A stretch of DNA of 64,000 bases from assembly GCA_963770835.1 (NCBI GenBank), contig CAVYRH010000026.1, positions 64,001-128,000 on the forward strand, given 5' to 3'. How positions within the stretch are numbered: the stretch's first letter is position 1; the number at the start of each line of letters is the position of its first letter. The position numbers and the translations under genes are program-made. Of the stretch, positions 20,356 through 28,475 are shown in pieces. The notes beneath the pieces were generated by a model. That model was given only the letters and a program-made list of their open reading frames with translations. It did no database searches and was not told where the DNA came from. The DNA is from an uncultured Pseudomonadota bacterium. Lineage in GTDB: Bacteria; Oederibacteriota; Muellerivitia; Muellerivitales; Muellerivitaceae.

Positions 20356-22266
20356 ATGCGGAAACTTTTAACCATCCTTTTACTTCTTTCGTCCTTTTCG
20401 GCGGTTCCCCGGCCGTCCCAGGCCGCTTCCTCCGATTTCTTCACGGTGAAGTGGAAGGACGGCAAAGCCTGGTTCATCTCCCCCCTCCACAAACCCTTCC
20501 TCTCCATGGGGGTCAACGCCATCGCCGACCAGTCCTACCGGGCCCCCAACGACGATTATTACAACCCGGTGAAAAACCAATACGGCGGCAATAAGAAAGC
20601 CTGGATGAAAGGCGTCTTTATCCGGTTGAAGCGGTGGCATTTCAACACCCTCGGCTGCTGGTCGGACGACGACTTGACGGGTCAGAAGTTTCCCTACACC
20701 CCCATGCTTTACCTCGCCCGCGGGAACAAGTGGGACGACGTGCTGCTTTCGGTTTTCACCGCCGACTTCGAGGCACGCGTCCGGGAGAACGCCAAACAAG
20801 CCGTGAAACTCAAGGAGGATCCCTACCTCTTGGGCTATTTCCTGGACAACGAAATGCCCTGGTGGGGCGATTACGGCTGGCACGCGGAAGGACAGCAAAC
20901 CCTGCTGGAAAAATACGCCTTGGGCGGCGTGGACAACGCGAATAAGGAGGCACTCGAGAAATTTTTCGTGGAACGGTACAACAACGATATCGAGGCCTTC
21001 GACACGGCCTGGGGACTCGACTTGAAGTCCTTTGAGGAGATGGAGGGGCCCGTGACCCTGGCGGTGAAGACCCGGAAACAAAAGGAGGAAGCCAACGCCT
21101 GGGCGGGCATGGTGGCCGAGCGTTATTTCTCCGTAACCACCAAGGCCCTGCGGGATGCGGACCCGAACCACCTCATCTTAGGCGTCCGTTTCGCGGGGGA
21201 GACGCCCTGGGAGGTCGTGGAAGCCTGCGGCCGCTACTGCGACGTGGTCTCGGTCAACCATTACGCGAAATCCGGCGACATTGACCAGGCGCTCCTGGAT
21301 AACTTCTACGCCAAAACCGGAAAACCCATCCTCATCACCGAGTATTCCTTCAGCGCCGCGGAAAACCAAAGCGCCGACCCCAACACTCACGGGGCGGACG
21401 TGGCTGTTCCCACCCAGAAGGACCGCGTGGACCATTTCAACCGTTACGCCCACGGGGCCCTGGGCCTTCCCTATATCGTGGGCCTGCACTGGTATGAGTG
21501 GTCCGATGAGTCCCCCGAGGGGCGCTTCGACGGCGAGAATTGCGACTACGGCCTGGTGGACATCCACGACCACGAATACACCCTCCTGACCCAGGCCCAC
21601 GCGAAGATGAACCTGATCGCGACCTCCCTCCACAAGAAATCGGACATCCCGCTTCCCCAGGGTTTCCAGGAGCCAAAAAGGGTGGATTACCGCAGGGCCG
21701 AGGCCGGAACAGCCGTGGCGTCGTCGCGGGATTTCCTCAAGATCGACAAGACCACCCATGTGGATACTTGGGGGGACGGCCCCAACGAGGGCAAGGCGGT
21801 GGCCGACACCACTTCGGGGGTCATCGTCCTGGATTACCAGACGGGCACGGGCTGGGGATGCGGGGCTTCCACCTACCCCAACATTCCGCCCCTGGTGTCG
21901 GGGGGGGGCGCGGATCTTCGCGGCTACAACTTCCTCGACTTCAAGGCCTTTGTGCCGAAGGGGACCAACTTCACCGTGTACATGAGCGAGTCCGGGACGG
22001 CCGCGCCGGGAATGCCCCAGTCCCAGTACGCCGGCCAGAACGGCGCGGACGGCGAATCCTATTCCTTTCCCCCCATGACCGGCACGGGAAAGTGGGAGGA
22101 CTACCGCGTGGATCTTTCCGAACTGGAACGCCGCACCACCTGGGGCAACCAGCACGGCAACAACATCCTGGACCTGCAGGCCCTCTCGGACGTGGATTTT
22201 TACCTGCCCGGCAACCAAGGCGCGGGCCGAATGCTGGTGAAGGACCTGGTGTTCCGGGAGAAATAA
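20356..22266 (+). CDS. Secreted GH50/beta-agarase-like glycoside hydrolase with C-terminal carbohydrate-binding-like domain
   Basis: RBS GGAGG before ATG 20356; FNTLGCWSD, LLGYFLDNEMPW, DPNHLILGVRF, KPILITEYSF, GRFDGENCDYGLVD. Confidence 0.75.
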   Translation: MRKLLTILLLLSSFSAVPRPSQAASSDFFTVKWKDGKAWFISPLHKPFLSMGVNAIADQSYRAPNDDYYNPVKNQYGGNKKAWMKGVFIRLKRWHFNTLGCWSDDDLTGQKFPYTPMLYLARGNKWDDVLLSVFTADFEARVRENAKQAVKLKEDPYLLGYFLDNEMPWWGDYGWHAEGQQTLLEKYALGGVDNANKEALEKFFVERYNNDIEAFDTAWGLDLKSFEEMEGPVTLAVKTRKQKEEANAWAGMVAERYFSVTTKALRDADPNHLILGVRFAGETPWEVVEACGRYCDVVSVNHYAKSGDIDQALLDNFYAKTGKPILITEYSFSAAENQSADPNTHGADVAVPTQKDRVDHFNRYAHGALGLPYIVGLHWYEWSDESPEGRFDGENCDYGLVDIHDHEYTLLTQAHAKMNLIATSLHKKSDIPLPQGFQEPKRVDYRRAEAGTAVASSRDFLKIDKTTHVDTWGDGPNEGKAVADTTSGVIVLDYQTGTGWGCGASTYPNIPPLVSGGGADLRGYNFLDFKAFVPKGTNFTVYMSESGTAAPGMPQSQYAGQNGADGESYSFPPMTGTGKWEDYRVDLSELERRTTWGNQHGNNILDLQALSDVDFYLPGNQGAGRMLVKDLVFREK

Positions 22267-22272
22267 TCTTCC

Positions 22273-22863
22273 ATGGAAATTACCCAAACCCTTTATGTCC
22301 ATCAGGTGTCCTATTGGCGCAGGTGGCTCAAGAAAAACCATAATGCCACCCGGGAAATCTGGCTCGTCTATTACAAGAAGGCCAGCGGGAAACCGCGCAT
22401 CGCCTACAACGACGCGGTGGACGAGGCCCTTTGCTTCGGGTGGATCGACTCGACGGTCAAGAAGCTGGACCAAGACCGCTTTTGCCAGAGGTTCACGCCC
22501 CGAAAACCCGGTTCGCCTTGCTCGGAAATGAACAAGGCCCGGGCTCACCGTATGATCAAGGAGGGAAGAATGACCCCGGCGGGCCTGGAGGCATTGAAGG
22601 GGGTCCTGGGCCACGGGGCGAAGATCACGAAGCGGGGAATCCACCATCCCCAAGGCTGGACCGTCCCGCCCGACATCCGGACGGCGATCCAGAAGGACAA
22701 GCTGGCGTGGAAGCACTTCCAAAAATTTTCGGATACCTACCAGCGCATCCGCATCGCCTTTATCGAAGGCGCCCGGAAGCGGCCCGAGGAATTCAGACGC
22801 CGTTTAAACAATTTCTTGAAAAGGACGGCCAAAAACCAGAGGTTTGGAATGATCCAGGAATAA
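22273..22863 (+). CDS. YdeI/OmpD-associated family protein
   Basis: WRRWL..NH, AVDEALCFGWIDS, RFTPRKPGS..SE.NK. Confidence 0.88.
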   Translation: MEITQTLYVHQVSYWRRWLKKNHNATREIWLVYYKKASGKPRIAYNDAVDEALCFGWIDSTVKKLDQDRFCQRFTPRKPGSPCSEMNKARAHRMIKEGRMTPAGLEALKGVLGHGAKITKRGIHHPQGWTVPPDIRTAIQKDKLAWKHFQKFSDTYQRIRIAFIEGARKRPEEFRRRLNNFLKRTAKNQRFGMIQE

Positions 22864-23009
22864 GCCGGAGCCTAAACCGTCCGCCCCTTTGGGGTAAAAA
22901 AAGTTCCGAGGGTAGACCCCAAGAGAACCGGAAGTTGGTATTCTTATAAACTCAGGGTTGGGCGGTTTTTCGCCGGCCCTTTATGCTGGATTAAATCTTA
23001 AACAGATTG

Positions 23010-23091
23010 ATGAAAAAGTCCAAAATATGGACTATTTCATATTTGTGTCGCGAATCACTCCTTGTAAATCAAGGAGTTAAAAACGATTCGC
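23010..23091. promoter_or_regulatory. Two AT-rich dyads upstream of the autotransporter (putative operators)
   Basis: atgaaaaagtcca-aaata-tggactatttcat and actccttg-taaat-caaggagt nested in gcgaatc..gattcgc. Confidence 0.4.
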
Positions 23092-23154
23092 TTTTAGCCC
23101 GTGGCTGTTGACAGTGTGTAAATGTATTTTTTGAGCACCCTGTAAAGGAATCCT

Positions 23155-26100
23155 ATGGCGATCCAACGAATCTTCCGGGCACTTGCATTCATTCTTTCAG
23201 CGTTCCTTTTGATCTCCGGCCTTGCGAGCAGACCTCTCTTCGCCCAAACAGTCGTCACCACTAATGCCGGGGATGAAAGCGTCAATTCGCTGGGCTGGGC
23301 GGTCACCAACCTGAACAACCCGGGGGCCGGGGCCATCAGCATTGAGAATTCCGTGGGCCTCATCACCCTGTCGTCATCCCTGTCCGCGTTTCCCGTGGCT
23401 TCCCGGGCCGTAACCTTCCAGGGAACGGCCCCGGGTGTCATCGCCCAAAACGATGCCCAGGCCCAGTTCCTTTTCCAACAGTCTTTTACGCTGGATAATT
23501 CCGCCGCCCTCACGCTGACCAACAACGGGGCTTTGTCCTCGGGGCTGGACGCGGCCATGACCGCGGCTTCCTTCAACCTCTCCTCCAATTCCTCCTTTTC
23601 CATTACCGGCGGTGTTGGTGCCATCAATGCCATCAGCGGAAGCGCCTTTGTCACCCTGGGCACGGCCTCAGCCGCGAGCGGGTCGGCTTTTCAAATCCAG
23701 GGCGGAGCGGGCGCCACCGGCACGGGCGTCGGGGGTGGGAATGGGGGTTCCGCGGCGGTTTCCGCCTCCACCCTGTCCCTTTCGGGCGCGACCGGCATCA
23801 TCGCCGGCGGAGCCGGCGGGGCGGATTCCTACACAAACGGCTTTGGGGGGGCCGCCACCCTTTCCGTGGGCTCCCTGAGCCTGGACACCGCGGCCCAATT
23901 AACCCTGGCCGGCGGCAACGGCGGGGCGAACACCGGGGCCGTGGGCAACGGTGGGAACGTTTTTTTGGGCGCCAATTCCGTTTCCTTGACGGGCACGAAC
24001 ACCCAATTAACAGTCGCGGGCGGTACCGGGGCCGACACCAATGTGACGAATAACGGGCCCGTCAACGCGGGGAATGGTGGGTCGGTTTCCATCGGGGCGG
24101 CTTCCTTGACCGTGGACTCCCAGGCCCTCCTCAGCGTGACCGGTGGGTCGGCGGGGACCGTTTTGCCCCCGGGTACAGGCCAGGGTGGAATAGCCGGCGG
24201 AGTGACGGTCGGCCTGGGCACCCTGGCGCTGACCAACGAGGGTTCCATGGGCGTCACCGCGGGGGAAGGCGGCCAGGGAAGCAAGGGGACGGCGGGAGGA
24301 AACGCCGAGGTGACGGCGAACGCCGTGACCCAGGGGACGGGTTCCACCCTCAGCCTCATCACCGGCGCGGGGGGCGGAAACCAAAGCGGCGGCAATTTGT
24401 ACTTCTACGTGGGCAGCCAAACCCTGGCCTCAGGGGCCACCTTTATCGCCGCCAGCGGATCGGGCGGCTCGGGAACGGCTATTGGCGGCAGCGGGGGAAT
24501 GGTTCAAGTGGATGTGCATGCGGTGAGCCTGGCCTCGGGCTCCCTCTGGGAAATTACGGGCGGCGCGGGGGGAACGGGCACCTCTTCCAACGGCTCGGGC
24601 GGGGGCGTTGACGCGAACTTGGCCGACCTGGAAGGCCTGGGCGGCACCGTCACCATGGGGGGCTCGGGCCCCCTCACCCTGCAGCTGACGGGCGGTAATT
24701 TCGCGGGCGTGATTGCCGGCGCGGAAGGCCTGCTGGTCAACTCCTATGGCGTGGTGAACCTGTCGGGCAACAACACCTATAGCGGTGGCACCACGCTTTC
24801 CAACGGAACCGTCATCGTCAGTTCGGATGCCAACCTGGGGACGGGGAATATCACTTTGGATGATGGGACGCTGCAAATGGAGGGTCCGCCCGGCATGGGC
24901 TTGGTCACCTCCAAGGCCGTCAGCTTGACCGCGAATGGAGGGACGTTCTACGCGGGTAATACTTCGAGCTTTAATACCTTCTCCGGCGTCATTTCGGGGC
25001 CCGGAGGCTTGGAGATAAACGGGGGCGGGTTGGTTAACTTCGATGCCGTCAACACCTACACCGGTCCGACGACGGTTTTAAACGGAGGACTTTACCTTAA
25101 CAGCGGCGCCCAGATCGCCGGGCCCGTGACAGTGGATACCGCGGGGACCCTAATGGGCAATGGGACCGTGTTGGGGGCCGTTTCCAACAACGGAGTAGTG
25201 CAAGGAGGGACGTCCAATTTCCCCGCGACCCTCACGGTGGCCAGCTACACTCAAACTTCCAACGGCTTTTTGCAGGCCAATCTGTCGCCCACCCAGTCCA
25301 GCCTCCTGGCCGTCAACGGCGTGGCAAACCTGGGCGGCGCGGTGACCGTGGACCAACTGGCGGGGACCTATGACAATTTCCGCTACCGCTACTCGATCCT
25401 TTCGGCTGGCTCCATTTCCAACTCCTTCAACGGTACTTCCGGCACCTATCTGCCGGACTGGGACTCGACTCTCTCCTATAGTTCGGGCCTGGTCAGCCTC
25501 ATCCTCTACCGCACCAACGTGGATTACATCCCCTGGGCGGTTGGCGCCAACCAGCTGGCGGTGGCCAAGGCCTTGAACGCGGCCGTTTCCACGGGAAGCG
25601 ACAGCCTGGCGGTCAAGCTGAACGAGATCTACGCCCTGCCCTCAGGCCAAGGCGCGGTCCTGGGCCAATTGACGGGCAACCTCTACACGGCCCTTCCCAA
25701 CGTCCTACTGGACAACCTCCAGTTCGAGGACAGCCTGCTCTTCGACCGCCTGGACGGCGGGGTGGGAAGCGCGATGGGGGGCGCCCAAGCGGGCCTGGTG
25801 CGCGATATCGTTTCAGCGGAAGTCTCCGGTCCGGCGGGTAACGCGGCGGGGCTGGCCAACCCGGGCGTCGGGGGCTTGTGGGTGGAGAACACCGACAGCG
25901 CGGGAACGGTCAACGGCGATTCCAACAACGGCAGCTTCAACAAGTCCAACTACGGTTTCCTGGCGGGGTATGACACGGAACTTTCAAAGGGTTTCACCGG
26001 CGGCATCATGGGCGGTTATGTGCACACGGACATCACTTCCTCCGACTCCAGCCAAACGGCGGGGATAAACGGTACCCAGTTCGGCCTCTATGGCCGCAAG

Positions 26101-26700
26101 CAATTCGGCGCGTTGGGGGTCGGCCTGGTGGCGGGTTACAGCCTGGACCACTTCACGGCCAACCGCGGCGTTTCCATCGGCAGCGACGTAACCCAGTTAG
26201 CGGGGGCCTACGACGGCGGCCAGATCCAGGCGGCTCTGCAGGGGGATTACGCCCTGGATTTTTCGGGCTTCACCTTGAAGCCCCTGGTGGGCCTGCAATA
26301 CGCGCACTTGAGCGAAAACGCCTTTACCGAAACGGGCTCGGACAGCCTGGCGCTTTCGGTGCCGGCCCAAAGCTACGATTCCTTGAGGCCTTACCTGGGC
26401 GTCGAGGGGTTTCAGTATCTCGCCCTGGACCAGGACCTGGGCCTCCTGCCCCGGGTGAACGTTTCGGTCAGCGAGGAGATGATGGACTCGGCGGCGGGTT
26501 TCGCCACGGCCCTCAACGGAGCTCCCGGCAATTCTTTCACGGTGACCGGCATCACGCCCTCGGCCACCACCATCAGCCTGGAAGCGGGGACAAAGCTGGT
26601 TTTCGGCAAGCAGTTCAACCTCTTCGCCAATTACCAGGGCCACTTCAGCGGGACCGAAAACCTCAATACCTTCAACGGCGGGCTGGACATCGCTTTTTAA
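23155..26700 (+). CDS. Type Va autotransporter with Gly-rich passenger
   Basis: Signal peptide; GGxGG repeats; LSGNNTYSGGTTL and NTYTGPTTV autotransporter-associated repeats; C-terminal beta-barrel ending in F. Confidence 0.9.
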   Translation: MAIQRIFRALAFILSAFLLISGLASRPLFAQTVVTTNAGDESVNSLGWAVTNLNNPGAGAISIENSVGLITLSSSLSAFPVASRAVTFQGTAPGVIAQNDAQAQFLFQQSFTLDNSAALTLTNNGALSSGLDAAMTAASFNLSSNSSFSITGGVGAINAISGSAFVTLGTASAASGSAFQIQGGAGATGTGVGGGNGGSAAVSASTLSLSGATGIIAGGAGGADSYTNGFGGAATLSVGSLSLDTAAQLTLAGGNGGANTGAVGNGGNVFLGANSVSLTGTNTQLTVAGGTGADTNVTNNGPVNAGNGGSVSIGAASLTVDSQALLSVTGGSAGTVLPPGTGQGGIAGGVTVGLGTLALTNEGSMGVTAGEGGQGSKGTAGGNAEVTANAVTQGTGSTLSLITGAGGGNQSGGNLYFYVGSQTLASGATFIAASGSGGSGTAIGGSGGMVQVDVHAVSLASGSLWEITGGAGGTGTSSNGSGGGVDANLADLEGLGGTVTMGGSGPLTLQLTGGNFAGVIAGAEGLLVNSYGVVNLSGNNTYSGGTTLSNGTVIVSSDANLGTGNITLDDGTLQMEGPPGMGLVTSKAVSLTANGGTFYAGNTSSFNTFSGVISGPGGLEINGGGLVNFDAVNTYTGPTTVLNGGLYLNSGAQIAGPVTVDTAGTLMGNGTVLGAVSNNGVVQGGTSNFPATLTVASYTQTSNGFLQANLSPTQSSLLAVNGVANLGGAVTVDQLAGTYDNFRYRYSILSAGSISNSFNGTSGTYLPDWDSTLSYSSGLVSLILYRTNVDYIPWAVGANQLAVAKALNAAVSTGSDSLAVKLNEIYALPSGQGAVLGQLTGNLYTALPNVLLDNLQFEDSLLFDRLDGGVGSAMGGAQAGLVRDIVSAEVSGPAGNAAGLANPGVGGLWVENTDSAGTVNGDSNNGSFNKSNYGFLAGYDTELSKGFTGGIMGGYVHTDITSSDSSQTAGINGTQFGLYGRKQFGALGVGLVAGYSLDHFTANRGVSIGSDVTQLAGAYDGGQIQAALQGDYALDFSGFTLKPLVGLQYAHLSENAFTETGSDSLALSVPAQSYDSLRPYLGVEGFQYLALDQDLGLLPRVNVSVSEEMMDSAAGFATALNGAPGNSFTVTGITPSATTISLEAGTKLVFGKQFNLFANYQGHFSGTENLNTFNGGLDIAF

Positions 26701-26899
26701 GTCTCCACCTAAACGTCTATTGGCCGCAAATTTTCGCGAATTTAAAAAACCTCAAGAAAAGAAATTTCATTTTTTTAAGAAATGAGGTGTCGAAGTTTCC
26801 TGTAAAAATCAGCGTCAATCCGTGCAAATTTGCGGCTAATGCCTTTTTTGCTTCAACCGCCGTTTTTAGGCCTCCAGCTTCCGTTTTCGTTCCCCCTTC

Positions 26900-27051
26900 A
26901 AGGGCCTCCAACCCGGCATACGACGTCTAAAAGAGGTAACCTCTGAAAGACCCACTTCCGACGCCTAATGTCATCGGAGCGGACCGAAGGGCCCCCGTTT
27001 TGATTGAAAACTTAGGTTCTTCGTCCGAAAGGGCCTCTGGATGGCAACGAC
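26900..27051. ncRNA. Candidate structured RNA or MITE-like element upstream of HPr
   Basis: Four consecutive stems including G-U pairs and a GAAA tetraloop; flanked by imperfect direct repeats aagggcctc..ggca(t)acgac; no family recognised. Confidence 0.3.
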
Positions 27052-27128
27052 AAGGATAGTTTTTCAGAGGTTATCCATTTATCCAACTCAACCGGTTCGG
27101 GGAAGGACCGGGTCGAAAGGAAAATCCC

Positions 27129-27398
27129 ATGATCTGCAGCGAAAAAGTCGTCGTGAGGCAGCCTTACGGCCTTCATTTGAGGGCCGCCGTGAAGTTGATC
27201 CTGGTCAGCCGGAAATTCAAAAGCCGCATTACGTTCAAGAAAGGCCGGGCCGAGGCAAGCGCCCAAAGCATCCTGGGGATCATGAACCTGGCGGCTGCCC
27301 ATGGGACGGAGTTAGAAGTTATTTCGGAAGGGGAAGACGCGGGGGAAGCCCTGGAGCAAATCCGGGATCTATTCGAACATCCCCAGAGTTGGTCTTAA
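27129..27398 (+). CDS. ptsH: HPr family phosphocarrier protein
   Basis: GLHLRAA (His15 site) and ASAQSILGIM (Ser46 site). Confidence 0.9.
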   Translation: MICSEKVVVRQPYGLHLRAAVKLILVSRKFKSRITFKKGRAEASAQSILGIMNLAAAHGTELEVISEGEDAGEALEQIRDLFEHPQSWS

Positions 27399-27419
27399 TT
27401 CGACGGGTTGCCGCGGAGT

Positions 27420-28262
27420 TCAGGCCGGAATGAGCGAGTCGTAGGTCCGGATCTTGGCGATGACTTCTTCGATCAGGTAATCGGGGGTCGAGGCGCCGGC
27501 GGTAATGCCCACCTTGTTCTTACCCTCAAACCACTTCGGGTCCAACTCCTGGGCCGTTTCCACGTGATGGGTGGCGTCGGGCAGGTTCATCATGCAAGTA
27601 TCCGCCAGCTTGTGGGTGTTGCTTGAGTTCCGTCCCCCGATGACGATCATGATGTCCACGTTCTTCGAGAGCGCGGCGGCGGCGGTTTGGCGGTCCTTGG
27701 TGGGCTTGCAGATGGTATTGATGGGCACCACCTCGGCGCAGCGGGCCCTCAAGAGGCCCACGAACAGGTCGAATTTTTCCATTAAAAGTGTGCTCTGGCA
27801 GACCACCCCGATCTTGGAACCCTCGGGGACCGTTTGGATATCCTCCTCGTGGTACACGATCAAGGGGTTCTTCATGCGGCTGGCGATGCCCTTCACTTCC
27901 ACGTGGTGGGGATCGCCGATGATGACGATCTGCAAACCCTGGTTCTGGAGCTTGATGCCCTCGTTGTAGATCTTGGTCACCAGGGGGCAAGTCGTATCGA
28001 TGATCTCCAGGTTCCGGTCTTTCATCTGGCCGATCACGTTGATATCCAGGCCGTGGGCAGTGATGACCACCTTGTTGTCCTCCACCTCTTCCAGCTTGTG
28101 CACGATCTTCTTGTTGAGGGAGGCCAGGCGGGCCACTTCCTGCGGGTTGTGGATGAGGGAACCGAAGATGAAGGCGCGGTCCATGGTTTCGGCCTTCTGA
28201 ATAGCCTTCTTCACGCCGAAGCAGAACCCGGCGGCGTTGGCGATTTGGATTTCCCTAGGCAT
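27420..28262 (-). CDS. ispH: 4-hydroxy-3-methylbut-2-enyl diphosphate reductase
   Basis: AGFCFGV, IHNP, AHG, DTTCPLV, NTIC.PT.DRQ, SSNT, GITAGASTP; start ATG 28262. Confidence 0.95.
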   Translation of the reverse strand: MPREIQIANAAGFCFGVKKAIQKAETMDRAFIFGSLIHNPQEVARLASLNKKIVHKLEEVEDNKVVITAHGLDINVIGQMKDRNLEIIDTTCPLVTKIYNEGIKLQNQGLQIVIIGDPHHVEVKGIASRMKNPLIVYHEEDIQTVPEGSKIGVVCQSTLLMEKFDLFVGLLRARCAEVVPINTICKPTKDRQTAAAALSKNVDIMIVIGGRNSSNTHKLADTCMMNLPDATHHVETAQELDPKWFEGKNKVGITAGASTPDYLIEEVIAKIRTYDSLIPA

Positions 28263-28280
28263 ATTTTCTTCCTTCGGAAG

Positions 28281-28388
28281 AGTTTTGAGTTCTAAATTTT
28301 GAGTTTTAAGTTTTGGAGGTTTTTCAATCAAAGATTGAAAAACATTCATTAACTTCGAACTAAGAACTCAGAACTTAAAACTGAAAGT
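28281..28388. repeat. Inverted heptamer arrays around a perfect hairpin
   Basis: (agttttg)-like units, then gtttttcaatc-aaa-gattgaaaaac, then (cagaact)-like units. Confidence 0.75.
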
Positions 28389-28475
28389 CCTTGGCGAGGC
28401 CAATTCAAACAGTGAAGGGATTATATATAATGCCCGAGCTGAAATGTATCCCCCGAGCAAGCCAAGGACTTTCAC

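Noticed and set aside
26900..27051. Known riboswitch, ribozyme, tmRNA or SRP RNA
   Set aside because: I could not find the conserved cores of these families on either strand; kept only as an unassigned candidate
28263..28349. N-terminal extension of IspH (KLKTQNLELKT)
   Set aside because: It is a translation of the heptamer array; IspH homology starts at ATG 28262
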